DNA of 64,000 nucleotides from contig QCGV01000002.1 of the NCBI GenBank assembly GCA_003278145.1, positions 154,124-218,123 on the forward strand. Direction: 5' to 3'. The notes under the pieces were generated by a model. It ran no database searches and had not been told where the DNA came from. It saw only the letters and a list, made by a program, of their open reading frames with translations. Made by a program: the position numbers and the translations under genes. This document shows, piece by piece, positions 28,886 to 38,981 of this stretch (positions are counted from its first letter, which is position 1; every line of letters begins with the position of its first letter). The stretch is from OCS116 cluster bacterium AG-390-A19 (GTDB taxonomy: Bacteria; Pseudomonadota; Alphaproteobacteria; MED-G09).

Positions 28886-29752
28886 TTAATTTAGCTTATT
28901 GATAATAAAGTTTAATTGATCATATGATGAGTACTTGATTTTAAGCTCACCTTTCTCACCTTTGCCTTCCACTATTTGAGCAGAAAGCCCCAAATTATCG
29001 GTTAATTTCTTTTCTAACAATAAAGTATCTGATGACTTTTTATTTCTATCGTTTTGTTTAAGCTTGCTATCTTTCTTAAGATAAGAAACATAAGACTCTA
29101 GCTGTCTCACGCTCATCTTCTTCTTAATTGCAAATTTTGCAACTGGTAGTGGATCAGCTAATACAATTAAAGCCCTGGCATGGCCAGGTGATAAATCTCC
29201 ATTCTGAACAAATTCTTGAACCTTGTGAGGAAGGGACAAAAGTCTTAATGCGTTAGCGACATAGGCGCGTGACTTACTAAGTGTCTTTGATAAGCTCTCT
29301 TGTGTATATTTATGTTCTCTCTGCAATTTTTCAAAACCCAAAGCCTCCTCTATTGCATTAAGGTTTTCTCTCTGCATGTTTTCTATCAAACCGATTTCTA
29401 AAACCTCGCCTTCATTAAAACTCTTAACTATAACTGGAACCTCATTCAATCCAGCCTTTTGAGCAGCCCTCCACCTTCTTTCGCCCGCAATTATTTGAAA
29501 CTTTTTATCATCTAATGACCTGGCCAAAATAGGTAATAAAATTCCCTTTTGTTTTATTGATTGAGAAAGCTCATTAAGAGAGGCCTCACTAAAATTTTTC
29601 CTTGGCTGATCTCTGTTTGGAACTAGAAACTCTATCGGCATATTAACCTGACCCGTCTGAATATCCTTTTTAATTACCTCATCTTGAATATCAGCCTTAT
29701 CATCTAAATCACCTATTAAAGCAGCCAAACCTTTCCCTAAACCTTTTTTCAT
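28886..29752 (-). CDS. parB: chromosome partitioning protein ParB
   Basis: GLGKGLAALI, IIAGERRWRAA ParB box, HTH. Confidence 0.9.
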   Translation of the reverse strand: MKKGLGKGLAALIGDLDDKADIQDEVIKKDIQTGQVNMPIEFLVPNRDQPRKNFSEASLNELSQSIKQKGILLPILARSLDDKKFQIIAGERRWRAAQKAGLNEVPVIVKSFNEGEVLEIGLIENMQRENLNAIEEALGFEKLQREHKYTQESLSKTLSKSRAYVANALRLLSLPHKVQEFVQNGDLSPGHARALIVLADPLPVAKFAIKKKMSVRQLESYVSYLKKDSKLKQNDRNKKSSDTLLLEKKLTDNLGLSAQIVEGKGEKGELKIKYSSYDQLNFIINKLN

Positions 29753-29771
29753 ATTTTTTCCTATCTTAGAA

Positions 29772-30560
29772 TTATGTTATTTCCCAATTTACTCTCTTTA
29801 AAAACTCTCTTGCTAAATTTATATACGCTTCACTTCCTAAACATTTATGATCGTAAATCAACGCAGGTACTCCGTGAGAAGGTGCTTCAGATAGTCTAAT
29901 ATTTCTTGGTATCTTTGTTGTAAAAACTCTATCACCTAGATAAGCCCTAACATCCTCCTCAACCTGAAGAGATAAATTATTTCTTTTATCGAACATTGTT
30001 AAAATAACGCCTGATAATTTAAGTTTTTCATTAATTGTTGAACTAATGCCATCAATAGTTTTTAAAAGCTGGCTTAAACCCTCAAGAGCATAAAACTCTG
30101 CCTGAAGAGGAACAATTGCTCCATCAGAGGCAGCAAGAGCGTTCAAAGTTATTATATTAAGAGCCGGAGGACAATCTAATAAAATAAAATCATAGTCTTT
30201 TTGGTCAGAAAAAGTATTGTTAAGACTTTCTCTTAGCTTAACAGCCCTATCTTCATCTGATGATAGTTCGATTTCGACCCCTAAAAGGTTTTCATTTGCA
30301 GTTACTATATCTAAATTTGGTATTTCAGAATTGATTATGCATTCATTTAATTTTTTTCTTGAGGATAAAATATCATAAACACCAACACTTCTATTTGCTG
30401 GTGATACGCCAAGACCAGTAGATAGGTTTCCCTGAGGGTCCATATCAATTAACAAAACTTTTGCATCACAAGCAGCCATTGCTGTGCCTAGATTTACAGT
30501 AGTGGTTGTTTTGCCAACGCCACCCTTCTGGTTAATTACTGAAAATATTTTTCTACTCAT
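29772..30560 (-). CDS. parA: chromosome partitioning ATPase ParA (Soj)
   Basis: Deviant Walker A KGGVGKTTT. Confidence 0.9.
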   Translation of the reverse strand: MSRKIFSVINQKGGVGKTTTTVNLGTAMAACDAKVLLIDMDPQGNLSTGLGVSPANRSVGVYDILSSRKKLNECIINSEIPNLDIVTANENLLGVEIELSSDEDRAVKLRESLNNTFSDQKDYDFILLDCPPALNIITLNALAASDGAIVPLQAEFYALEGLSQLLKTIDGISSTINEKLKLSGVILTMFDKRNNLSLQVEEDVRAYLGDRVFTTKIPRNIRLSEAPSHGVPALIYDHKCLGSEAYINLAREFLKRVNWEIT

Positions 30561-31176
30561 TACGACGTTTTACACCTTTGATGATAAAAATTTTAGATCT
30601 CTTATTGGTAATGCTCGTTTCAACAGAATACTGTAGAAGCCAATTATTTTGGGCTAAATCTAGCTCGTTTTGCCAATTTTCACCTTTAGGAAAAACACAA
30701 ACACTTCCTTGTCTTAAATCTTCAAAAAATAAATGTATTAATTTATCTAGTGGTTTCAGGGCTCTCGCAGTAATAACGTTAAAAAGGGGCATTTGACCTT
30801 TCTTTATATTTTCGTATTTCTCTTGAACAATATTTAAATCCAAATCAAGCTCCTTGGAAACAAATTTTAGAAACTCTGATTTCTTTTTACTAGGCTCAAC
30901 AATGGTAACACTTAATGACATATTGATAATTTTAAGAACAACGCCAGGAAAGCCGGCCCCGGAACCTACATCACAAATTGTCTTTGTGCCGTTTGGCAAA
31001 TGATTTAATAATTGTGCACTATCAGCTATATGCCTATCCCATATATTGTTTTCTGTGCTTTTAGAAATTAAATTAAATTTTTTATTAGCATCAATAATTA
31101 GGTCTATGTAATCGCTCATAATTCTTTTGTTTGGAGAAGACAAAAATTTAGACTCTTTTTGCTTTTCAATTAACAA
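30553..31176 (-). CDS. rsmG: 16S rRNA (guanine527-N7)-methyltransferase RsmG (GidB)
   Basis: DVGSGAGFPG SAM motif; position between mnmG and parA. Confidence 0.85.
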   Translation of the reverse strand: MLIEKQKESKFLSSPNKRIMSDYIDLIIDANKKFNLISKSTENNIWDRHIADSAQLLNHLPNGTKTICDVGSGAGFPGVVLKIINMSLSVTIVEPSKKKSEFLKFVSKELDLDLNIVQEKYENIKKGQMPLFNVITARALKPLDKLIHLFFEDLRQGSVCVFPKGENWQNELDLAQNNWLLQYSVETSITNKRSKIFIIKGVKRRNE

Positions 31177-31178
31177 AA

Positions 31179-33035
31179 TTATGCGCCCTTATTACTTTTA
31201 ATATGAGATATTATTAAACCAATTGCAGCAGGTGTAATCCCATCAATTCTTTGTGCATGACCAAGTGTTTCGGGTCTTAGCTTGGTTAGTTTTTCTTTGT
31301 TCTCGTTAGACAAACCATTAATATTTTTATAGTCGATGTTTGGACTAATTTTTTTTGTCTCATCTTTTCTAAATCTTTCAATATCCAGCTGTTGTCTAGC
31401 TAAGTATCTATCATACAAAGCTTCCGCACTAATGGTTTTCTCTACTTGAGGAGATAAGATTTCAATATCATCCCAGAAAAGTTTTAAATCACGATATTTT
31501 ACTTCTGGGTAACTTAACAACTCAAAAGCGGAACGCTTCTTACCATCAAGATTAATATTAAGACCCTTTTTCTTTGCAGCATTTGGACTGATTACAAGAG
31601 TTTTAAGCTTCTTTCTTAAATTAAGTAAGTCTTTTTTCTTCTTTGTCCATGAATCTTTTCTTTTGTTTTTTACTAAGCCGTGATTTATACCAATATCTGT
31701 TAATCTTTCGTCAGCATTATCAGCCCTCAAACTCAATCTATATTCAGACCTAGAAGTAAACATTCTATATGGCTCAGAAACTCCCTTTATAACTAAGTCA
31801 TCAATTAATACGCCAATATAACCATCAGCCCTATTTAAAAGAAGACGATCTTTTTTTAAGCTTTTCAATGCAGCATTAGCACCGGCAACAAGACCTTGGG
31901 CAGCAGCCTCTTCATAGCCTGTTGTTCCATTAATCTGTCCGGCAAGCCATAAGCCCTTTGTTTTTTTTAGAGCAAGGCAGTGGTTAAGCTCGCGAGGATC
32001 TATGTAATCATATTCAATAGCATAACCATATTTCTCAATTTTAACATTTTCTAAACCCGGTATTGTTCTTAAAAATCTATCTTGCACATCCTCTGGAAGA
32101 GATGTTGAAATTCCATTTGGATAAACTAACTCACTTGATAGTCCTTCGGGCTCTAAAAAAATTTGATGGCTATTTTTGTCAGAAAATCTCTCTACCTTAT
32201 CTTCAATTGAGGGACAATATCTGGGGCCTACACCAGAAATATTCCCGTATTTGATTGATGATTGCATAATATTTTCAATAATGATTTTATGAGTTTTTTC
32301 GGTTGTTCTTGTTATATAACAAGGTAATTGTTTATTTTTTATTTCCTTTGATAAATAAGAAAATGTTTCTGGTTTTTTATCACCATTTTGCACCTCAAGA
32401 GAGGAGTAATCAATAGAAGATGAAAAAAGTCTAGCAGGTGTTCCTGTTTTTAGCCTTCCGAGGGTTAAACCAAATCTTTTTAATGTATTTGAAATTCCCT
32501 TTGAGGGAGGTTCACCAACTCTTCCTCCTGGTGTTGTTTTTTTACCACAGTGAATAACACCATTTAAAAAGGTTCCGGTTGTTAAGACAGTTTGAGTGGC
32601 TAAAATTCTATTACCATCTTCACAGATAACTCCTTTGATAATATTCTTTCCCTCTAAGATAAAATCATCTACAGAGCCTTCAATAATAGTAAGGCCTGGG
32701 GTTTTTTTTAACTCTTCTTTCATGTTTAGCGCATAGAGCTGTCTATCTATCTGCGCTCTCGGGCCTTGAACAGCAGGACCTTTTCTTTTGTTTAAAACCT
32801 GAAAATGTATCCCCGATAAATCAGAAACTCGACCTATTATTCCATCAAGGGCGTCTATTTCTCTAATTAAGTGACCTTTTCCAATACCTCCCATTGCAGG
32901 ATTACAGGATAATGCACCAATTGTATCAACTTTATTCGTAATTAGAGCTGTTTTTGCGCCAACCCTTGCCGAAGATGCTGCCGCCTCACAGCCTGCATGA
33001 CCTCCCCCAATTACTATAACATCGAAGCTTTCCAT
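31179..33035 (-). CDS. mnmG: tRNA uridine 5-carboxymethylaminomethyl modification enzyme MnmG (GidA)
   Basis: [19 protein letters not shown] fold, 618 aa. Confidence 0.95.
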   Translation of the reverse strand: MESFDVIVIGGGHAGCEAAASSARVGAKTALITNKVDTIGALSCNPAMGGIGKGHLIREIDALDGIIGRVSDLSGIHFQVLNKRKGPAVQGPRAQIDRQLYALNMKEELKKTPGLTIIEGSVDDFILEGKNIIKGVICEDGNRILATQTVLTTGTFLNGVIHCGKKTTPGGRVGEPPSKGISNTLKRFGLTLGRLKTGTPARLFSSSIDYSSLEVQNGDKKPETFSYLSKEIKNKQLPCYITRTTEKTHKIIIENIMQSSIKYGNISGVGPRYCPSIEDKVERFSDKNSHQIFLEPEGLSSELVYPNGISTSLPEDVQDRFLRTIPGLENVKIEKYGYAIEYDYIDPRELNHCLALKKTKGLWLAGQINGTTGYEEAAAQGLVAGANAALKSLKKDRLLLNRADGYIGVLIDDLVIKGVSEPYRMFTSRSEYRLSLRADNADERLTDIGINHGLVKNKRKDSWTKKKKDLLNLRKKLKTLVISPNAAKKKGLNINLDGKKRSAFELLSYPEVKYRDLKLFWDDIEILSPQVEKTISAEALYDRYLARQQLDIERFRKDETKKISPNIDYKNINGLSNENKEKLTKLRPETLGHAQRIDGITPAAIGLIISHIKSNKGA

Positions 33036-33124
33036 TATTATTTAATAAAACTTTAATAGTTTCTTATCAAGAAGTATTATTTTTATTATTTAGTAAAATT
33101 TAAATATGTTTCACGTGAAACAAT

Positions 33125-34423
33125 TTATTTGCCTATGCAGAACTTTCCGAAAATAATTCCAAGAACTTCTTCGTTGTCTGTTTCTTTGGTTATACTATCA
33201 ATGCTTTTCAGCGCATCTCTTATATGAATAGACATTATTTCTAAATCACTCCCTGTTACCATATTAAGGCTATTTTCAGCATTTATAAGATGATTTCTCT
33301 GTCTTTTTTTATTTAAGAATGCTCCAGTATTGGTTGAAACAATGCTTTTAATTTTTTTTTCGAGTTTTTTTTCAAGAATATTTAATTTTTTTTCATTCTT
33401 CAGTGATATTGAAATATTTGGCTTAATATTATGCTGCTTTTTTAAGTCAGTCTTATTAATTACTAATAAATCATTATCTGTTAAATCTAAATGTATACCA
33501 GAAAATGGGTTCTTATCATTATTTGAGCCAAGATAAATCTTAATATGTGCTGTTTTTTGGACTTTTTCTGTTAATTTAACGCCCTCTTTCTCAATTTCAT
33601 CATTTGATTTTCTTATTCCAGCAGTATCTATTAATGTAACAGGAACTCCAAAAAAATACTTTTGGGATCTTAAAATATCTCTTGTTGTACCTGGTTTTTT
33701 TGAAACAATAGCAATTTTTTTTCTTGATAAATAATTGATTAAACTAGATTTTCCTGAATTCGGTCTTCCTATAATTGCAACTTTTATACCTTCTTTAACA
33801 ATATCTGCATTTTTTTCAGTTTTTAAAAATTCATTGATTTCTTCTTTTATTTTTGAGGAAATTTTCCTTATCTCAATTAGAAGATTTTTAGGTATATCTT
33901 CATCTGAAAAATCTATCGATGCCTCGATAAGAGCAAGACAAGTTTTTATTTCTTCGGACCATGAAAAATACTTATCGCTTAATAAATTCCCATAATGCAT
34001 AAGGGCTTGCTCACGCTGTTTTTCTGTTTCAGAATCTATTAAGTCCGCAAGTCCCTCAGCTTGAACAAGATTAATCTTTCCTCCTAAATAGGCTCTTTTA
34101 GTAAACTCACCCGGATCAGCAAGCCTAAGGCCGTCTATCATTGAAAGCTCGTCTAATAGCTTAGAAATAATTGATAGACTTCCATGTGTTTGAAATTCTA
34201 CAACAGGTTCACCAGTAAAACTTTTTTTATCTTCAAAAAAAACCACAACAGCCTGATCAAAAACACTATCTTTATGATCATAAAGCTTACATAAAGTAGC
34301 TTCTCTTGGTTTTAAGGTTTTCTTTGTTAGTTTTTTAATTGCTACTTTAGATAATTGACCAGAAACTCGAATAACAGCAACCCCCGATTTCCCTGGTACT
34401 GTTGATAAAGCATATATAGTCAT
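33125..34423 (-). CDS. mnmE: tRNA modification GTPase MnmE (TrmE)
   Basis: G-domain GRPNSGKSSL, C-terminal CIGK. Confidence 0.9.
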   Translation of the reverse strand: MTIYALSTVPGKSGVAVIRVSGQLSKVAIKKLTKKTLKPREATLCKLYDHKDSVFDQAVVVFFEDKKSFTGEPVVEFQTHGSLSIISKLLDELSMIDGLRLADPGEFTKRAYLGGKINLVQAEGLADLIDSETEKQREQALMHYGNLLSDKYFSWSEEIKTCLALIEASIDFSDEDIPKNLLIEIRKISSKIKEEINEFLKTEKNADIVKEGIKVAIIGRPNSGKSSLINYLSRKKIAIVSKKPGTTRDILRSQKYFFGVPVTLIDTAGIRKSNDEIEKEGVKLTEKVQKTAHIKIYLGSNNDKNPFSGIHLDLTDNDLLVINKTDLKKQHNIKPNISISLKNEKKLNILEKKLEKKIKSIVSTNTGAFLNKKRQRNHLINAENSLNMVTGSDLEIMSIHIRDALKSIDSITKETDNEEVLGIIFGKFCIGK

Positions 34424-34425
34424 TT

Positions 34426-35691
34426 TTAGGTGTTCATTGAATCATAAAATTCATCGTTAGATTTTGTCTGACTTAGTTTGTCTAGTAAAAACTCAATAGC
34501 ATCAATTGTGCCCATTGGGTCCAAAATTCTTCTTAAAACATATATTTTATGGAGCTTTTCTTTATCCAACAAAAGTTCTTCTTTACGTGTCCCAGATTTC
34601 ATAATATCAATGGCAGGAAAGACTCTTTTATCAGCCATTTTCCTATCAAGAACAACCTCTGAATTACCGGTTCCTTTAAATTCTTCAAAAATAACTTCAT
34701 CCATTCTACTACCAGTATCAATTAATGCTGTTGATATTATAGTTAAAGATCCACCTTCCTCAATATTTCTAGCAGCACCAAAAAATCTTTTTGGTCTTTG
34801 AAGTGCATTTGCATCAACACCACCTGTTAAAACTTTACCAGAAGATGGGACAACTGTATTAAATGCTCGACCTAAACGTGTTATTGAATCGAGTAATATA
34901 ACTACATCACGACCATGTTCAACAAGCCTCTTGGCCTTCTCCATAACCATTTCTGAAACTGCAACGTGTCTAGTGGCAGGCTCATCAAAAGTTGATGATA
35001 CAACCTCTCCATTAACAGTTCTTTGCATATCAGTAACTTCTTCTGGTCTTTCATCAATTAGTAGAACTATTAAATAACATTCCGGCTGATTTTTTGTTAT
35101 CGAATTGGCAATATTTTGAAGGAGAACTGTTTTTCCTGTTCTTGGTGGGGATACAATCATTGCTCTTTGACCTTTTCCTAAGGGAGCTACAATATCAATA
35201 ATTCTGTCGGATAAATCTTTTTTATCAACATCTAATATTTCCATCGTAAGGGCTTCATCAGGATATAAAGGGGTTAAATTATCAAAATGAACTTTTGTTC
35301 TCATATTTTTTGGATCTTCAAAGTTTATTAAATTCACCTTTACTAAAGCAAAATATCTTTCCCCTTCTTTAGGACCTCTTATATAGCCTTCTACAGTGTC
35401 ACCAGTTCTTAAAGAGAATTTTCTAATTTGTGATGGGCTTATGTATATATCATCAGGGCCTGGTAAATAATTAGCATCTGAAGATCTTAAAAAACCGAAA
35501 CCATCTTGAAGTACTTCAATTACTCCCTGTCCTAAAATTTCAATATCTTGATCTGCTAAGTTCTGAAGAATAGCAAAATATAATTCTTGTTTTCTTAAAG
35601 AACTTGCGTTTTCAACACCATTTTCTTTAGCGAATTCAATTAATTCAGATGCTGATTTTTCTTTAAGGTCTTGTAGCTTTAATTCTTTCAT
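34426..35691 (-). CDS. rho: transcription termination factor Rho
   Basis: N-terminal RNA-binding OB domain, Walker A, Q/R loops; 421 aa. Confidence 0.95.
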   Translation of the reverse strand: MKELKLQDLKEKSASELIEFAKENGVENASSLRKQELYFAILQNLADQDIEILGQGVIEVLQDGFGFLRSSDANYLPGPDDIYISPSQIRKFSLRTGDTVEGYIRGPKEGERYFALVKVNLINFEDPKNMRTKVHFDNLTPLYPDEALTMEILDVDKKDLSDRIIDIVAPLGKGQRAMIVSPPRTGKTVLLQNIANSITKNQPECYLIVLLIDERPEEVTDMQRTVNGEVVSSTFDEPATRHVAVSEMVMEKAKRLVEHGRDVVILLDSITRLGRAFNTVVPSSGKVLTGGVDANALQRPKRFFGAARNIEEGGSLTIISTALIDTGSRMDEVIFEEFKGTGNSEVVLDRKMADKRVFPAIDIMKSGTRKEELLLDKEKLHKIYVLRRILDPMGTIDAIEFLLDKLSQTKSNDEFYDSMNT

Positions 35692-35844
35692 AAATATTCC
35701 TATTTTTTAGATTTTAGGATTCTTAGGTAGGATAAGTAATATTATATAATTTAATAATATCTTAGTCAAAAATAAATTATTACAGATTATAAAATTTCTA
35801 ATAATATATATAATATATAGTATTAGTAGTAGTGAACCTAATTA

Positions 35845-35853
35845 TGTGGATTA
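35845..35853 (-). promoter_or_regulatory. DnaA-box-like 9-mer (TGTGGATTA = reverse complement TAATCCACA; 8/9 to TTATCCACA)
   Basis: Direct reading of the sequence within the candidate origin. Confidence 0.4.
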
Positions 35854-35899
35854 AAAAATTATACATAAGTTATTAACAATTAAATAAAATTAAAATTTA

Positions 35900-35915
35900 T
35901 TAACATTTTATTAAC
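35900..35915 (+). promoter_or_regulatory. CtrA-type binding box TTAA-N7-TTAAC (TTAACATTTTATTAAC)
   Basis: Exact match to the Caulobacter CtrA full-site consensus; flanked by additional TTAAC/TTAACA half sites. Confidence 0.45.
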
Positions 35916-36008
35916 ATATTTAATAAAAACAGTAACTTATAAGTGTTAATAATGTTAATAAAAAAAATTTTTTAAGAAATAAACATAAAATCTTTAACAA
36001 TTAAAACT

Positions 36009-36024
36009 GTTAAAATAAATTTAA
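36009..36024 (-). promoter_or_regulatory. CtrA-type binding box, reverse orientation (GTTAAAATAAATTTAA = reverse complement TTAAATTTATTTTAAC)
   Basis: Exact TTAA-N7-TTAAC on the minus strand within the candidate origin. Confidence 0.45.
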
Positions 36025-36108
36025 TAAAGTATGTCTAAATGTATACTTTAGTTTAATTTTAATAAATAATATATAGAACTAACAAGTTACTAACAAGATA
36101 TTACTGCA

Positions 36109-36954
36109 ATGAAAAAAGATATAAAAAAAAATTTAACTTTGCATTTAGTTTCAGATTCAACAGGAGAAACATTAAAGGCTGTTTCAGCTGCAGCAGCTGC
36201 ACAATTTTCTGAAGTCGAGTATCAACAAAAGACCTATCCAATGGTAAGAACTGTCACTCAATTAGAGAGAGTATTTAAAAATATTAAAGATGAAAAAGGA
36301 GTAGTCTTTTGTACTTTGGTTGAAGAAGAAGTAAGAGAAAAATTAGAGAAGTTTTGCAAAAAAGAAAAGATTTTATATTTACCTGTAATGGAAAATATTG
36401 TTAGCGTATTAGAGAAATATACAGGCTTTGAAGCCATAAATAAACCTGGTGGACAGCATGTTTTAAATGATGATTATTTTAAAAGAATCGAGGCAATAAA
36501 TTATACGTTAGAACATGATGATGGTCAGGGCCAAATAAACCTTGAAAGCGCTGATGTTATAATCGTTGGTGTAAGCAGAACATCCAAAACACCTACATGT
36601 ATTTATTTAGCTAACCAAGGTATAAAGGCTGCAAATTATCCTCTTGTTCCTCATGTTGGGATATCAAAAGAACTTGAAGATGTTAAAAATACCCAAGTTG
36701 TTGCTCTTATAACATCTGCACACACTCTTGTTGAAATAAGGAGGAAAAGATCAATTGAACTAGGCTTAGAAAACAAAGATAATGATTATGTTGATATCCA
36801 TAAAGTCGAAGAAGAAATAACTTCAGCAAAAAGAATTTTTGCAAACAAAGGGTGGCCTGTAATTGATATAACAAGAAGATCGGTTGAAGAAACAGCTTCT
36901 GCTATTATGAATATTTTGTCTTTAAAAGAAGAGAAAAATGCCCAAAAAAAATAA
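36109..36954 (+). CDS. pyruvate,phosphate dikinase / PEP synthetase regulatory protein-like kinase/pyrophosphorylase (PDRP, DUF299)
   Basis: LHLVSDSTGETL N-terminus and GVSRTSKTPTCIYLANQGIKAANYPLVP P-loop-like motif. Confidence 0.8.
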   Translation: MKKDIKKNLTLHLVSDSTGETLKAVSAAAAAQFSEVEYQQKTYPMVRTVTQLERVFKNIKDEKGVVFCTLVEEEVREKLEKFCKKEKILYLPVMENIVSVLEKYTGFEAINKPGGQHVLNDDYFKRIEAINYTLEHDDGQGQINLESADVIIVGVSRTSKTPTCIYLANQGIKAANYPLVPHVGISKELEDVKNTQVVALITSAHTLVEIRRKRSIELGLENKDNDYVDIHKVEEEITSAKRIFANKGWPVIDITRRSVEETASAIMNILSLKEEKNAQKK

Positions 36955-37540
36955 TATTATTTTAGCGTCTTCTTCCGTATCAAGACGTAAAATTATGGAC
37001 GCAACAGGTATTAAATATATATCCCTTAAGCCGCTTGTTAATGAAGAAAATCTAAAAAAAAATTTTAAAGGCACTACAAAAAAATTGGCTTTAATGTTGG
37101 CTGAAGAAAAAGCTTTGTCAGTCTCAAATAAACATAACGATTGTTATGTAATTGGGGCAGATCAGGTTCTGTCTTTTAAAGGAGAGGTTTACAATAAACC
37201 AAAAACAATGAAAGAAGCCGAAGAAAACTTTCGCTTGTTTAGAAACAAAACTCATTATTTAGATTCAGCTACAGTTATTTCATTAAATAACAAAATAATA
37301 TGGCGCAATGAGCAATCACCAAAAATGAAAATGAGAAATTTTTCAGATGAATTTCTAAAAAATTATATAAAAAAAGTTGGCAACCAAGTAACTCTCTCTG
37401 CAGGGGGATACTCTATTGAAAAACAAGGGGCTCAACTTTTTTCAAAAATAGATGGAGATTTTTTTACAATAATTGGTTTACCAATTATTCCTTTGCTGGA
37501 AAAACTTAGAAAATTAAATGCTAACGGAATTATAAAATAA
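36938..37540 (+). CDS. maf: Maf-like nucleoside-triphosphate pyrophosphatase (septum formation protein Maf)
   Basis: IILASSS.SRRKIM N-terminus, 200 aa; overlaps PDRP by 17 nt. Confidence 0.85.
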   Translation: MPKKNNIILASSSVSRRKIMDATGIKYISLKPLVNEENLKKNFKGTTKKLALMLAEEKALSVSNKHNDCYVIGADQVLSFKGEVYNKPKTMKEAEENFRLFRNKTHYLDSATVISLNNKIIWRNEQSPKMKMRNFSDEFLKNYIKKVGNQVTLSAGGYSIEKQGAQLFSKIDGDFFTIIGLPIIPLLEKLRKLNANGIIK

Positions 37541-38379
37541 TGAAAAAAGCAGCTGTCATAGGTTTTCCTGTAAAACATAGTTGGTCACCAATTATACATA
37601 ATTATTGGATCAAAGAGCATGGGATACTTGGTGAGTATAAAAAAATAGAAGTTCACCCAAGTGATTTGAAAAGTTTAGTTATTTCGAAAAAAGAGCAAGG
37701 TTTTTCTGGCCTTAACATAACAATACCTCACAAGGAAAAAGCAACTGAAATCTGTGATGAATTAAGTGAAAGTGCAAGGGTTTTACAAGCAGTAAACCTA
37801 ATAACATTTAAAAATAATATAATTTACGGAGATAATACAGATGGCGACGGATTTGTCGAAAGCTTTAAGGAAGACTTTCCTGATATTAATTTATCAAGTT
37901 TAAGAATTGGTATTTTAGGTGCAGGGGGAGCTGCAAAAAGCATTGCATTGTCATTAAGTAAGGAAAATCCAAAAAAAATATTTGTATTTAATAGAAACAT
38001 TGACAGAGCAGAAAAGCTTCTAGAAAAAGTAAACTTCCATGCTGCTGAACCATTTCATATTGATGACATAAACCTTAAGAAATTAAGTTTCGATTTACTT
38101 ATTAATGCTACACCAGTTGGAATGGCGGGAATGACTGATACTAATTTTATTAATTTTAAAAATATTGGGGGAATAGAGTTTTTTGCTGATATTGTTTATA
38201 ACCCAGAAAATACTGAAAGCATGATTTTAGCGAGATCACAAAATATAAAAACCATGGGGGGCTTAGGAATGTTGCTTTATCAAGCAGTACCCTCTTTTGA
38301 GTCTTTTTTTGGAGTAAGACCAGAAGTTTCCAATGGTTTAAAACAACACATACTTGAACATATAAGGCGAGTTAAATAA
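37540..38379 (+). CDS. aroE: shikimate dehydrogenase
   Basis: AVIGFPVKHSWSPIIHN signature, GAGGAAKS NADP fold. Confidence 0.85.
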   Translation: MKKAAVIGFPVKHSWSPIIHNYWIKEHGILGEYKKIEVHPSDLKSLVISKKEQGFSGLNITIPHKEKATEICDELSESARVLQAVNLITFKNNIIYGDNTDGDGFVESFKEDFPDINLSSLRIGILGAGGAAKSIALSLSKENPKKIFVFNRNIDRAEKLLEKVNFHAAEPFHIDDINLKKLSFDLLINATPVGMAGMTDTNFINFKNIGGIEFFADIVYNPENTESMILARSQNIKTMGGLGMLLYQAVPSFESFFGVRPEVSNGLKQHILEHIRRVK

Positions 38380-38981
38380 TGATAAAGATTGGCCTTACTG
38401 GTTCTATAGGGATGGGTAAAAGTGAAACAGCAAAAATTTTTAGTGGCCTCGGAGTGCCAGTTTACGACGCAGACGCTTCAGTACACAAGCTTTATGAAGC
38501 TGGAAATAAAGGGGCGCTAGCTATTAAAAATTTATATCCTGAAGCAATATCTAAAGATGGATCGGTTGATCGAAAGGTTCTAGGGGGCATTGTTGTTGGT
38601 AATAAAAATAAAATAAAAAAACTTGAGGAAATAATACACCCACTTTTACAAGAAGATAGGGCTATATTTTTTGAGAAAAATATTAATGAAAAAGTCGTAA
38701 TTCTTGATATTCCGCTTCTTTATGAAACCAATGGAGAAAAGCACCTAGATTATGTCATTGTTGTATCAACTTCAGAAAAAATACAAAGAGAGAGAGTTTT
38801 AAAAAGACCAGACATGACGGATGATAAATTTAATAAGATATTAATATCTCAAATCCCAAATACTATAAAATGTCAAAAGGCTGATTTTATTATCGATACT
38901 TCAATAAGTATTGACGATGCAGAAAAACAAGCCTTAAATATTCTTGAGGAAATTGAACAGAATGAGAGAAATCGTACTTGA
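38379..38981 (+). CDS. coaE: dephospho-CoA kinase
   Basis: IGLTGSIGMGKS P-loop, 200 aa. Confidence 0.85.
   Translation: MIKIGLTGSIGMGKSETAKIFSGLGVPVYDADASVHKLYEAGNKGALAIKNLYPEAISKDGSVDRKVLGGIVVGNKNKIKKLEEIIHPLLQEDRAIFFEKNINEKVVILDIPLLYETNGEKHLDYVIVVSTSEKIQRERVLKRPDMTDDKFNKILISQIPNTIKCQKADFIIDTSISIDDAEKQALNILEEIEQNERNRT

Larger units (their letters stand above)
35692..36108. other. candidate chromosomal replication origin (oriC): extremely AT-rich intergenic region between rho and the PDRP/maf/aroE/coaE/dnaQ cluster
   Basis: Conserved alphaproteobacterial origin-flanking synteny (hemE absent). Local strand switch (minus-strand genes to the left, plus-strand to the right). Contains CtrA-type boxes and a near-consensus DnaA box. 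~417 bp with almost no G/C. Confidence 0.5.

Noticed and set aside
35692-36108. Possibility that the TTAACA-rich region encodes a small RNA or is a rho-gene regulatory leader rather than an origin
   Set aside because: Not excluded. There are no compensatory stem structures, and G/C content is too low for a stable structured RNA. Synteny and the strand switch favour the origin interpretation, so it is reported as an origin candidate with moderate confidence.
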